DNA from: Eubacteriales bacterium
GTDB lineage: Bacteria; Bacillota; Clostridia; Oscillospirales; CAG-272
Length of the DNA: 64,000 bases
Direction of reading: 5' to 3'
Assembly (NCBI GenBank): GCA_045643785.1
Contig: JAZRFR010000257.1
Span: 6,821 to 70,820, forward strand
Shown here one piece after another: positions 1 through 9,249 of this stretch. The translations under genes were made by a program, and so were the position numbers. Position 1 is the stretch's first letter. Every line of letters begins with the position of its first letter. Under the pieces are notes generated by a model that saw only the letters and a list, made by a program, of their open reading frames with translations, was not told the DNA's origin and made no database searches.

Positions 1-881
1 GTCGCGCGTTTCTGTTTGGCCTTTTGTATGGCTCCTATGCCGAAGGAGAAACGGTCACGGCGGATTTCTCGGTCTTAAAGGATGCCGTATACCATCCTCA
101 CGAGCAAGCGCAACATTTAATTCGCACACTGTTTTCCAGAGAATCAGAAATTATTTTGCTGACTCGCGGTGCTCACCGCTACGCATCCGTCAGTTTCTGT
201 TTTAAGAAAGCCGCCGAGCGACTTATATCCCTTGCACACCTTCCCGAGGAGGAAGCGGAATGCGAAACCCTTCCCCACGTATTGGAATTCAAATGCGATG
301 CCTGCGCCGCTCATTTTCTGCGTGGCTTATTCCTTTCCCGCGGTACGGTCAACGATCCCGCCAAATCCTACCATTTGGAATTCAAGCTCCCGAACGACGG
401 CCGCGTAGAACCCGTACGTATTCTTTTGGCGGAAGCGGGCTATGAGTTGGGGGTGACAAGCCGTTCCGGTATGGCCGGGCTATTCTGCAAGAGCGGCAGT
501 ACCATCCAAGAGCTTTTGGCTTATCTCGGCGTTACCTCGGGTGTGTTTGATTTCTTCAACGCTCAAATCGAACGTTCCATTCGAAACGATGAGAACCGCG
601 CTACAAACTGCGTTACCGAAAATATTTCCCGCGCTATCCGTACAGGGGCTCGACAACTGGTCGCCATTGAATATTTGGAGGAACACAATCTCATCGCCGC
701 GCTTCCCGATGACCTGCAGTTCACCGCACGCTTACGGTTGAACAATCCCGACATTACCCTGTCGGAGTTAGCAGAGCTTCACTTCCCTCCCATCACCAAA
801 TCCGGGCTGCACCATCGTTTGGAGAAAATCATGACCTTTTACGAAAAAGCCCATCGAACCCATGAGGACGAGCCCTCCTGA
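1..881 (+). CDS. whiA: DNA-binding sporulation/cell-division regulator WhiA, 5'-truncated by window edge
   Basis: The frame is open from nt 3 (RAFLFGLLYGSYAEG...), so the TTG at 24 in the ORF track is not the real start. It has a degenerate LAGLIDADG-like middle (FLRGLFLSRGTVNDP) and a C-terminal HTH (ITLSELAELHFPPITKSGLHHRLEKI) typical of WhiA. Confidence 0.85.
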   Translation, partial: RAFLFGLLYGSYAEGETVTADFSVLKDAVYHPHEQAQHLIRTLFSRESEIILLTRGAHRYASVSFCFKKAAERLISLAHLPEEEAECETLPHVLEFKCDACAAHFLRGLFLSRGTVNDPAKSYHLEFKLPNDGRVEPVRILLAEAGYELGVTSRSGMAGLFCKSGSTIQELLAYLGVTSGVFDFFNAQIERSIRNDENRATNCVTENISRAIRTGARQLVAIEYLEEHNLIAALPDDLQFTARLRLNNPDITLSELAELHFPPITKSGLHHRLEKIMTFYEKAHRTHEDEPS

Positions 882-904
882 TGTAATTTTTACTTACGAT
901 ATAG

Positions 905-942
905 AAAAACGGATCATCGCATACGTCGGTGATCCGTTTTTC
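905..942. terminator. Bidirectional rho-independent terminator between convergent whiA and AKR genes
   Basis: AAAAACGGATCA-[13-nt loop]-TGATCCGTTTTT. The stem (909-916 / 930-937) is flanked by an A-run and a T-run. Confidence 0.6.
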
Positions 943-958
943 GTATATTATTTGGACG

Positions 959-2098
959 TTATTTCTCAAACAACGCAGCTGCCAGCTTCATACGCTCCGT
1001 TACGCGTACGTGGAAGGGGCAGCGGGTCTCGCATTTGCCGCAATGCAGGCAGGCGGATGCCTTCACCTCCAACGCGTTATAATGCTCCAGAACCGTAGGA
1101 GGTACTTCCTCATGAGCCGTTGCCAGATCATACAGCTTATTGATCATGGCAATATCCAGATTGACAGGACACGGCTTGCAATGACCGCAATACGTGCATT
1201 GGCAATAGTATGTTTCCCGCGCAGAAGACGCGAGTACCGTGGCGTAGTCCCGCTCGGCATCCGTTGCATTGAAATACTTCATGGCATCGGTTACTTGATC
1301 CGGACGCTCAAAGCCGAGCATGACGGAGCCGACGGCAGGGCGGGTCAAGCAATACTGAATGCATTGTGTGGGTGTCAACGCAATACCGAAGGGAGAGCGA
1401 GACGCATCCAGCAGCCGACCGCCGCCAAAGCATTTCATAACGTTGATCCCCACGCCCCGTTCTTCACAGAGGCGGTACAGATCGGCGCGCTCCTGATCAA
1501 TGCCACGTAACAGAGGAGCATGATGATCCGCAAGTCCAATGTTTTCTTCGGACGGCAACAGATCATATCCGGGATTCAGGCTGAACAGCAACACTTCCAC
1601 GGTGCCGTGCTCAACTGCCTTTCGCGCGATGGCGGGACTATGGGTAGAAAGGCCAATATGTCGAATGGTTCCTTTTTTCTTCAGTTCGATGGCATACTCC
1701 ATGAGTCCGCCTTCCAATACGGCTTTCCAATCATCCTCGCGGTCCACAAAGTGAATCATGCCGATATCCATATAATCCGTATGGAAACGGGTCAGCAGGT
1801 CCTGAAAAGCAATTTCTGCTTCACGGACATTCCGCGTACGAACGTACTGGCCGTTGTGCCAGGCAGAACCGAGGTGTCCTTCGATGATCCATTTTTCACG
1901 CTCGCCACGAATCGCGTTACCCAGATTCGAGCGTACGTTGGGTTCTGACATGAAGCAGTCTATGGTATTCACGCCGTAGGTTCGACAAGCGTTTACCACC
2001 GCTTCCACTTCTTCTGCGCTACGGCGCTCCAGCCATTCGCCACCCAATCCGATGGCGCTGACCCGAAGTCCCGTATTTCCAAGATTTCTGTAATCCAT
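959..2098 (-). CDS. Aldo/keto reductase with C-terminal 4Fe-4S ferredoxin-type domain
   Basis: The N-terminus MDYRNLGNTGLRVSAIGLGG is a typical AKR start. The C-terminus has Cys clusters CQCTYCGHCKPC and CLHCGKCETRCP. An AAGGAG SD lies 6 nt before the ATG at 2098. Confidence 0.85.
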   Translation of the reverse strand: MDYRNLGNTGLRVSAIGLGGEWLERRSAEEVEAVVNACRTYGVNTIDCFMSEPNVRSNLGNAIRGEREKWIIEGHLGSAWHNGQYVRTRNVREAEIAFQDLLTRFHTDYMDIGMIHFVDREDDWKAVLEGGLMEYAIELKKKGTIRHIGLSTHSPAIARKAVEHGTVEVLLFSLNPGYDLLPSEENIGLADHHAPLLRGIDQERADLYRLCEERGVGINVMKCFGGGRLLDASRSPFGIALTPTQCIQYCLTRPAVGSVMLGFERPDQVTDAMKYFNATDAERDYATVLASSARETYYCQCTYCGHCKPCPVNLDIAMINKLYDLATAHEEVPPTVLEHYNALEVKASACLHCGKCETRCPFHVRVTERMKLAAALFEK

Positions 2099-2219
2099 GT
2101 GAAGCTCCTTACATGATTCTATTGATATTTATTATAACATGGTACCCTCCATATTTCTTGTGTTTTTTGTAAATTTCGATCGGCTATAGCGTATTTGTCT
2201 TTATGCCCCTGCATTTCTA

Positions 2220-2248
2220 TTGACATTCAAAGAAGAGTGTGGTACAAT
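2220..2248 (+). promoter_or_regulatory. Sigma-A type promoter of the OYE-SDR-flavoprotein operon
   Basis: TTGACA (2220-2225), 17 nt, TACAAT (2243-2248), with TGg directly upstream of the -10. It lies inside the ORF-track 5' extension, ~30 nt upstream of the SD-supported ATG at 2277. Confidence 0.55.
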
Positions 2249-2276
2249 AATGACAAATATTGAAAGGAGTTCGCAT

Positions 2277-3569
2277 ATGGCAAATTGGAAAAGACCTATC
2301 CTTAAAGAGGATCTCCCTTCCGATCTTCCTTTTTCAAACGATATTTCTGTTCTGAATACTCCGTTTTTTTTGAATGGTTCCAAGGTCCCCAATCGCATCT
2401 GCTATCAGCCTATGGAAGGTTGCGACGGAACGCAAGACGGCGCTCCTGCCGAATTGACTGTTCGACGTTACAAGCGCTTTGCCAAGGGTGGACCCGGTTT
2501 GATCTGGTTCGAGGCAACAGCCGTCGTCCCAGAGGGACGCGCCAATCCACGCCAGCTACAGATCACAACGAAAAACGTGGATGATTTTGCGCGTCTTGTT
2601 GAGACCATCAAAACAGATTGCCTGAGGGAAAACAGCTACGAACCCGTGGTTGTCTGTCAGCTCACCCACTCGGGACGGTATTCCAAGCCCCATGGCATCC
2701 CTGCTCCGTTGATCGCCTACAATAAGCCTGTATATGAAAAGAATACCCCCATCTCGGCTGACCGCATTGTTTCCGATGAATATCTGGATTCTTTGCCGGA
2801 GCAGTATGCTCTTTCTGCAACCCTCTGTTCCCGCGCGGGTTTTGACGGCGTGGACATCAAGGCTTGTCACGGATATCTTTTCTCTGAATTACTGAATGCG
2901 TATCTTCGTCCCGGGCGGTACGGAGGAGATTTCGACGGGCGTACACGTTTGTTTTTGAATGCGGTGAAGGCTATCCGCGCCGTTACCACAACAGATTTTG
3001 TTTTAGCCTCCCGATTTAACGCGTACGACGGATACCCCTACCCCTACGGATTTGGCGATTCCGGAGTTCCCGGTGTTCCCGATTTCACGGAAGCCGTACG
3101 GTTATCTCAAGCGCTCTGCGGAGAAGGTGTCTCGCTTCTCAACGTTACCATGGGAAATCCCTATACCAATCACGAGGTGAACCGACCCACGGTCTTGGCG
3201 CAAGAACATGCCCCCTACACCAGCATCAAACGTATGTTGGATGGCGCTTGCGCCGTACAAAAAGCAAATCCTCACTCTCACGTGGTCGTATCCGGACTGA
3301 CTTATCTCGGCACGCTTGCCCCCTACGTAGCCGCTGCTTGTATCCATAACGGATATTTCACCATGGCAGGCTTTGGGCGGCAGAATTTTGCTTACCCCGA
3401 TCTGGCACGGGATATTTTGCACAGCGGAATCATGCGTAAGGAAAAGCTTTGCCTGACCTGCGGCAAATGTACCGAACTGATGCGCGCAGGCCACACTCCC
3501 GGGTGTGTGATTCATGATCCGTTATACACCGATCTCTACAAACACATGATGAAAGAGGTGAAAGCATGA
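2277..3569 (+). CDS. Old Yellow Enzyme / 2,4-dienoyl-CoA-reductase-like FMN oxidoreductase with a C-terminal 4-Cys motif, lacking the usual C-terminal FAD/NAD(P)H domain
   Basis: TIM-barrel OYE motifs NRICYQPMEG, CQLTHSGRYS, DGVDIKACHGYLFSELL and GGDFDGRTRLFLN. The C-terminus reads CLTCGKCTELMRAGHTPGC. I moved the start to ATG 2277, which has a GAAAGGAG SD at 2262-2269. Confidence 0.8.
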   Translation: MANWKRPILKEDLPSDLPFSNDISVLNTPFFLNGSKVPNRICYQPMEGCDGTQDGAPAELTVRRYKRFAKGGPGLIWFEATAVVPEGRANPRQLQITTKNVDDFARLVETIKTDCLRENSYEPVVVCQLTHSGRYSKPHGIPAPLIAYNKPVYEKNTPISADRIVSDEYLDSLPEQYALSATLCSRAGFDGVDIKACHGYLFSELLNAYLRPGRYGGDFDGRTRLFLNAVKAIRAVTTTDFVLASRFNAYDGYPYPYGFGDSGVPGVPDFTEAVRLSQALCGEGVSLLNVTMGNPYTNHEVNRPTVLAQEHAPYTSIKRMLDGACAVQKANPHSHVVVSGLTYLGTLAPYVAAACIHNGYFTMAGFGRQNFAYPDLARDILHSGIMRKEKLCLTCGKCTELMRAGHTPGCVIHDPLYTDLYKHMMKEVKA

Positions 3570-4312
3570 AGCAGGTCGCCATTGTAACCGGCATTGCAGG
3601 GGGTATCGGCAAAGCCACCGCTCTTGCGCTGGCACGCAAAGGTTATTCTGTCGTGGGCATGGGACGTAACGATCACCCCGATCTGGCAGACTTTGAAGGA
3701 TTCGACGTGACCTACGTTCCCGGAAGTATCGATTGCGGTGCTGATCGGGATGCCTTGATTCAAAAGGCCGCAGAGCTTGGTGAAATCCGTGTTCTCGTCA
3801 ACGTAGCAGGGGTTGCGCCTAAAGTCCGAAAGGATCTTCTGGAAATGACCGAGGAAAGCTACGATTACGTTATGAATATCAACACCAAGGGTACCCTGTT
3901 TCTGACACAAGCGGTCGCGAAAATCATGTTGAATCATGATTTGATGCATGGGTGCCGCGGGCGGATCGTGAATATCTCTTCCTGTTCGGCCTATACAAGT
4001 TCGGTATTGCGGGGTGAATACTGTATTTCCAAAGCAGGTATGTCAATGATCACCAAGCTCTTTGCCGACCGACTTGCCCATGAAGCCATCACCGTCAATG
4101 AAGTTTGCCCCGGGATTATTGAAACACCCATGACCGCAGGCGTTAAGGAAAAGTATGACAAGCTCATCGAAACGGGATTGATTCCCCTCAACCGTTGGGG
4201 AACCCCCGAAGACGTCGCCAAGGCTGTGCTGTGTCTCTGTGACGGGACCCTGGGCTATACGACCGGTGCTTCCCTCATCGTAGACGGAGGTATGCATATT
4301 CGAACATTATGA
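3566..4312 (+). CDS. Short-chain dehydrogenase/reductase (SDR) family oxidoreductase
   Basis: VAIVTGIAGGIGKA Rossmann motif and YCISKAG catalytic Y-x3-K. Its ATG overlaps the upstream stop (ATGA at 3566-3569). Confidence 0.85.
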   Translation: MKQVAIVTGIAGGIGKATALALARKGYSVVGMGRNDHPDLADFEGFDVTYVPGSIDCGADRDALIQKAAELGEIRVLVNVAGVAPKVRKDLLEMTEESYDYVMNINTKGTLFLTQAVAKIMLNHDLMHGCRGRIVNISSCSAYTSSVLRGEYCISKAGMSMITKLFADRLAHEAITVNEVCPGIIETPMTAGVKEKYDKLIETGLIPLNRWGTPEDVAKAVLCLCDGTLGYTTGASLIVDGGMHIRTL

Positions 4313-6072
4313 AGACAACGTATCATACGCTTATAATCGGAAGCGGTTGCGCCGGCTATCACGCCGCAGAGCGACTGTGGATGCTGGGTGTCAAGGATAT
4401 TGCCATTCTGACCGAAGGCCGAACTAAGGGAACGTCTCGCAACACAGGAAGCGACAAGCAAACCTACTATAAGTTATCTCTATGCGGCGGAGATGGAGAC
4501 AGCGTCCGCGAAATGGCGCAGACACTATACGACGGCGGCGGTGTTATGGGTGAGACGGCGCTGATCGAATCCGCTTACTCTGCGCGATGCTTCATGCATT
4601 TGGTTGAATTGGGCGTACCGTTCCCCACCAATGAATATGGTGAGTACGTCGGCTATAAGACCGATCACGACCCGCGTTCCCGCGCAACCTCCTGCGGCCC
4701 TTTAACTTCCCGATACATGACGGAAGCGCTTGAAAGATCGGTTCTGGAGAAAAACATTCCGATCCTGGACGGCTATCTTGCCGTACGTATCATCACGGAG
4801 GAACAGGTTGTCCGCGGTCTGGTCGCCCTGGATCTGCGCACGAAACGCACCGAAGTCATTTCCTGTCGGAATATCATTCTATGCACGGGAGGCGCTCCTT
4901 GCATTTATGCGAATACGGTATATCCCGAAAGTCAGCACGGCGCACTGGGACTTGCGATTGAAGCGGGCACTACAATGGCCAATTTGGATCAATGGCAATA
5001 CGGAATCGCCTCCCTTGGATTCCGTTGGAACCTTTCGGGCAGCTATCAGCAAGTGCTTCCCCGTTATATTTCGGTTGATGAATACGGAAACGAGAGAGAA
5101 TTTTTGTTTGACGAATTGGGTCTCGACTCCCTCGGCCTGATATTCCTGAAGGGCTATCAATGGCCTTTTGACGTACGCAAAATTGAAGGTTCTTCTCGCA
5201 TTGACCTGCTCGTTGCAAAAGAAATCGAGAGCGGGAGACGTGTATTTTTGGATTATACGAAAAATCCTCGCGGACTTGAAGATGGATACTGTGTTCTTCA
5301 GACCGAAGCTTATACCTACTTACAGAATTCCGACTGTCTGTTCGGGACTCCCATAGACAGGCTGAAGAAGATGAACCGAAAAGCATTCGAGTTATACCTG
5401 TCCCATGGAATCGATCTGTCGCGCGAGCGCTTGGAGATTGCCGTTTGTCCTCAACACTTGAACGGAGGCGTGGCGGTAGACCGTCATTGGCAAAGCTCCA
5501 TACGCGGATTGTATGCCGCAGGAGAAGCTGCCGGAACCTTTGGTGTGTACCGTCCCGGAGGAAGCGCTTTGAACTCTACGCAGGTTGGTTCTTTGCGCGC
5601 GGCCGAACACATTGCCGCTCAAGACGCAACTGCCCTCATTCCTACCGTTACCGATTACCCCGATACGCAAGAGAACGGATCCGCATCTCCTCAAGAGATT
5701 GCGGAAGAATTCCGACATGCCATGAGTCTTTACGGAAGTTTCTATCGGGATACCGAAGTCATGAAGGCACTCTTTAACCGAGTGGATTCCTTGATTTCCG
5801 ACAACCGTATTTCGGCACAGGATCCTCTTGCTCGGTATCTTTTGCTGGATCAGCTATATACGACCCGCGCCGTGCTCTCCGCCATGATCTGTTCGGCAGA
5901 AAATATTGGCAGTCACGGTTCAGCATTGATCCGCGGGACACGGGTAGTGCCATCAACCGATATACGTCGGACGCGGACGTTAACCAATCTTGACCGTTCC
6001 TATATCGAGCCAGTTTCTGAGATTCCTGACGGAGATCTTTGGTTTGAAGCGGTTATGGCCAAACAAAAATAA
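4309..6072 (+). CDS. FAD-dependent oxidoreductase of the fumarate reductase / aspartate oxidase / KstD-like flavoprotein superfamily
   Basis: N-terminal dinucleotide-binding motif LIIGSGCAGYHAAERL and a late motif LYAAGEAAGTFGVYRPGGSALNS. ATGA overlap with the SDR stop at 4309-4312. Confidence 0.75.
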   Translation: MKTTYHTLIIGSGCAGYHAAERLWMLGVKDIAILTEGRTKGTSRNTGSDKQTYYKLSLCGGDGDSVREMAQTLYDGGGVMGETALIESAYSARCFMHLVELGVPFPTNEYGEYVGYKTDHDPRSRATSCGPLTSRYMTEALERSVLEKNIPILDGYLAVRIITEEQVVRGLVALDLRTKRTEVISCRNIILCTGGAPCIYANTVYPESQHGALGLAIEAGTTMANLDQWQYGIASLGFRWNLSGSYQQVLPRYISVDEYGNEREFLFDELGLDSLGLIFLKGYQWPFDVRKIEGSSRIDLLVAKEIESGRRVFLDYTKNPRGLEDGYCVLQTEAYTYLQNSDCLFGTPIDRLKKMNRKAFELYLSHGIDLSRERLEIAVCPQHLNGGVAVDRHWQSSIRGLYAAGEAAGTFGVYRPGGSALNSTQVGSLRAAEHIAAQDATALIPTVTDYPDTQENGSASPQEIAEEFRHAMSLYGSFYRDTEVMKALFNRVDSLISDNRISAQDPLARYLLLDQLYTTRAVLSAMICSAENIGSHGSALIRGTRVVPSTDIRRTRTLTNLDRSYIEPVSEIPDGDLWFEAVMAKQK

Positions 6073-6075
6073 CTC

Positions 6076-6110
6076 AAAAGGCTGCCTCCTTTTAAGGAGA
6101 CAGCCTTTTA
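6076..6110. terminator. Bidirectional rho-independent terminator
   Basis: AAAAGGCTGCCTCC-TTTTAA-GGAGACAGCCTTTT. A 10-bp stem with one mismatch (6080-6089 / 6096-6105), flanked by A and T runs, between convergent genes. Confidence 0.7.
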
Positions 6111-6122
6111 TTACGGACAATT

Positions 6123-8267
6123 TTACGTAGCCGGATTGATCAAAAGAATCACGGCGTAGGGTTTTTCGGGAACCGTCACGGTGATTCCCTTTTCCATGAG
6201 GTCTTTGCCGCTCATGGTCACGTCCACCAGCCCGTCAAAATCGGTGATATGATACTGCTTTTCGGGATCAAGACCTTTCAAGCGGAAGGTCTCGGATAAC
6301 GTACCCGTTGCCTCATGACAGAAGATGGAAGCGTAACCCGAGGCAGTTTCGGGATCGTAGAATTCCCATGCGTTCCAACGATCTGCACGGGCATCCCATT
6401 CCACGAGCTGATAGTAGTCGGCGTAGAAGTAATCACGGATAACCTCAAATTCTTCATAACCTCTCTTTGTAAGCGTCCAATCGGTATCCTTGTAGAGCAG
6501 ACCGTTGAGGTTCATGAGGGACAGGGGCGCGTAATTCATGCGCACCTTATACATATTGGTCGTCTCGTAGATCTCATTCTTGAAGTAGGGGAACCAGGCG
6601 AAGAGCGCTTGGGTCATTTTGCCCTTCATATCGTAGTCCTCATGGTTGCCGTCGAACCAGTCGGTGTAGTGAAGGGGGACGGCACGTTTCATGGTCTCAA
6701 GATCGTTTCGACCTCCGCCGGATGCGCAGGAATCCATGTAGATACCGGGGTATTTTTCGATCAGGGCATCCCACAGAGCCAGGTAACCCTGGACGTACTG
6801 ATTCTCGGTCATGCCTCGTCTGTTCTTATCGTCGGCCGCCGTCCAAGCGCCTGCGGGATCGCTGTTGAAGTCGGAACGGAAGGCCGTGGCGCCGGACTCG
6901 TCGATGACCTTGCAGATCTTGTTGAAGACCCATTCCACACAGTCGGGATCGGCCAGGTTCATGAGATAGCCCTCCAACCAAGTTCCTTCCATGGTCTTGG
7001 GCAGCAACCATTCCTCCTTGAAGCCCTCTTGACCTGCCAGGAATGCATCTTTATCCAAACGGATGTTTTCGGGCTCAAACCAGATCATCATACGCATATC
7101 GCGAGATGAAGTAAACTGGCCGATGGAGGACATGGCATCGGGGAATCGGTTGAGATCCATATCCATGGAACCCGTTTGCGGCCAACCGACAGCCTCGCCG
7201 TTGGCACCCGTGTACCAACCCGCATCCAGCCACAGAAGCTCGGGCTTGACACCGGCATCGTAGTAGGAGGACAGGATGAGCAGGAGGCGGTTGGTTGTAT
7301 TTCCGGAACAGCCCTGGCTGATACCCGTGTAGGTGGGGGTCAGCTCGCCGTCGATCTTGCGCATCACATCGTTGATGTAGTAATGGCGCCAAGCGTTGGT
7401 CTGTTCATCGGGGGTAAGGCCTTCGTATTCTACGAAGCCCATAAGAGGAGTACGGATGGTTTCGCCGGGAGCAAGATAGGTCTTGATATTGACCTGTCCT
7501 GCCTCAAGGGTGGTAGTTTTGGATGATTTGGAATAGTTGAACTTGGCGGACCAGTTTCCGGGCCAACCGATGGCGATAAAGGTACCGCCGTTACCGTAGG
7601 AAAGGTTATAGTACGGAAATACGCCGTGGGAAGGACGGCCCGTCGTGCAGGTATCGGTATAGCGGTTCTTTTTGGTCAGATCATGTTCATATGGTGTATA
7701 GTTCTGTCCATGGGCATCGCCTTTAATTCCGCTGATGACGGGATTTTCGCCCTTAAATTTGATTTCAAAGGCAAGACTCGAGAAGGAGTCGGTATTCTGA
7801 GTTCCGTCGTTGGTAACGTATACCACATACTCGTAAGCCTTTTCTTCGGGGTATACGGTAGCGATCAGCTTAAAGGAGGCAGGAATGTCGGGGTGGCGCA
7901 GAATCAGAGTGGTCTCAACACCTCTGTCCACGTTGGTATAGGTCTCGGCTTCGGTTGTAAAGCCTGCGAATCCGGTGTAGGACTTACTCGCGTACTTGAA
8001 GGTAAAGGGGAATGAGGACAGATCCGACATGAGCGCATCGTACTGGGGCACGGCGCGATCAGGATCGGGGGCAAAGATCTCGGGGGCGTCGGTTTCCATA
8101 TTGGTTTCTGCCATGGTACTTCCCTCCTCGGTTGGTTGTTCGGGGGTCTGGGTGGCGGTTTCATGGGGGTTGGCGGAGGTGTTCTCACAAGCGATCAGCC
8201 CCATAATCAAAAGACCGCACGCAAGAAAAAGCAGGATGCGAAGAGCCGTATGTACATTCTTACGCAT
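6123..8267 (-). CDS. Secreted lipoprotein, GH36-like alpha-galactosidase family glycoside hydrolase
   Basis: Lipobox signal LLFLACGLLIMGLIAC. Motifs LWLDAGWY, MMIWFEPE, FRSDFN and DSCASGGGRNDLE resemble the clan-D alpha-galactosidase catalytic region. Its SD (GGAGG) is embedded in the last codons of the upstream gene. Confidence 0.7.
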   Translation of the reverse strand: MRKNVHTALRILLFLACGLLIMGLIACENTSANPHETATQTPEQPTEEGSTMAETNMETDAPEIFAPDPDRAVPQYDALMSDLSSFPFTFKYASKSYTGFAGFTTEAETYTNVDRGVETTLILRHPDIPASFKLIATVYPEEKAYEYVVYVTNDGTQNTDSFSSLAFEIKFKGENPVISGIKGDAHGQNYTPYEHDLTKKNRYTDTCTTGRPSHGVFPYYNLSYGNGGTFIAIGWPGNWSAKFNYSKSSKTTTLEAGQVNIKTYLAPGETIRTPLMGFVEYEGLTPDEQTNAWRHYYINDVMRKIDGELTPTYTGISQGCSGNTTNRLLLILSSYYDAGVKPELLWLDAGWYTGANGEAVGWPQTGSMDMDLNRFPDAMSSIGQFTSSRDMRMMIWFEPENIRLDKDAFLAGQEGFKEEWLLPKTMEGTWLEGYLMNLADPDCVEWVFNKICKVIDESGATAFRSDFNSDPAGAWTAADDKNRRGMTENQYVQGYLALWDALIEKYPGIYMDSCASGGGRNDLETMKRAVPLHYTDWFDGNHEDYDMKGKMTQALFAWFPYFKNEIYETTNMYKVRMNYAPLSLMNLNGLLYKDTDWTLTKRGYEEFEVIRDYFYADYYQLVEWDARADRWNAWEFYDPETASGYASIFCHEATGTLSETFRLKGLDPEKQYHITDFDGLVDVTMSGKDLMEKGITVTVPEKPYAVILLINPAT

Positions 8268-8270
8268 AAT

Positions 8271-9173
8271 TCACTCCTCCTTTCCTTTCTTCAAGGTTTT
8301 AAAGACAATCGCCGCGGCGCCTGCCATAAGCAACGCCGTACCGCCGACTACCCCGCCGCACCCTTCGGACGGTGCATCCGTCGTAGCCTCTGTGTTTACT
8401 TGCGTTTCGGGAACGGTGGCAAGCTCGTTGACTTGCTCGGTAACAGTTTCGGAGATGGCTTGGGTTTCGGGAACCGTAACAGGTTCGGTAACGGGTTTAG
8501 TGTCGGCCTCTGTCTCGGGGGTAGGATTCTCGATCACCAGCTCCCGATAGAAGGTTATATCATCGACGTTTCCGCTCTTGGAGAGCACCGCGCCGCCGAA
8601 GATGCCCCAGGCTCCCGCGATTCCGGGGGCTCCGGCAATGGCGATTCGCAGGGTTTTCACCCCGGTCACATCTACCTCGATATACTCAAAGGGCTGATTG
8701 TAGCGCATAGGCTGACTCTCAAAAATCTTTTCGCCGTCACCGAAGATGGCGAACTTGATGCAGGCCATGGAGATATCGTTGCCTGACAGGGTCTCGCACA
8801 CGCCGTACCAGGTGGCGAACTTGGTGTAGCCGATACCCTCGATATTCACGTCCACATAGGCGTTAAAGGAGCCCGAGGCGGCGTGGATGCCCACACCCTT
8901 ATCCCATTTTTTCAGGTCACAGCTCCAGATGTACTCCCCGGCGCAGTTACCGTCACGAATGGCGGAGCCACCGTTGTAGGCTTGGTTGGTGATCCAATAG
9001 AGGTCGCTGATAAAGGCATAGTCCTCGCTGACCAGCTCGGCAGGCTGGGGTTCATTTGTTTTATCGGGGTTGAGCTCGGCGGCGGAGGCGGTCAGAGTCG
9101 CCGGAGCGACCAGGCCGCAGAGAAGAAGGGTCGCCAAAAGGCGGCAGAAGATGCGGAAATAGGAGCGCTTCAT
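8271..9173 (-). CDS. Surface-anchored NPCBM/NEW2 carbohydrate-binding-module protein
   Basis: Signal peptide MKRSYFRIFCRLLATLLLCGLVAPATLTASA. NPCBM-like core ISDLYW...KGVGIHAASG...IKFAIFGDGEKIF...VTGVKTLRIAI. T/E/P-rich linker and a C-terminal TM helix plus KKGKEE. Start set at ATG 9173 (AAAGGAGGA SD), not the TTG at 9191. Confidence 0.7.
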   Translation of the reverse strand: MKRSYFRIFCRLLATLLLCGLVAPATLTASAAELNPDKTNEPQPAELVSEDYAFISDLYWITNQAYNGGSAIRDGNCAGEYIWSCDLKKWDKGVGIHAASGSFNAYVDVNIEGIGYTKFATWYGVCETLSGNDISMACIKFAIFGDGEKIFESQPMRYNQPFEYIEVDVTGVKTLRIAIAGAPGIAGAWGIFGGAVLSKSGNVDDITFYRELVIENPTPETEADTKPVTEPVTVPETQAISETVTEQVNELATVPETQVNTEATTDAPSEGCGGVVGGTALLMAGAAAIVFKTLKKGKEE

Positions 9174-9214
9174 AGGGGTTCCTCCTTTCAAATATGGGGG
9201 ATGGGTTTGGATAT

Positions 9215-9243
9215 ATTATACTGTTTTCGAGGTGATTTGTCAA
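9215..9243 (-). promoter_or_regulatory. Perfect-consensus sigma-A promoter of the NPCBM-GH36 operon
   Basis: The minus strand reads TTGACA (9243-9238), 17 nt (aatcacctcgaaaacag), TATAAT (9220-9215). This is ~35 nt upstream of the SD and ATG 9173. Confidence 0.6.
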
Positions 9244-9249
9244 TAGATG

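Noticed and set aside
2277-3569. Assigning the OYE-family gene a specific function such as a bilirubin reductase-like or BaiCD/BaiH-like enzyme.
   Set aside because: I see only generic OYE motifs (QLTHSGR, HGYL) and cannot verify the diagnostic residues of those subfamilies from memory. The protein also lacks the C-terminal domain of BaiCD/BaiH. I kept the call generic.
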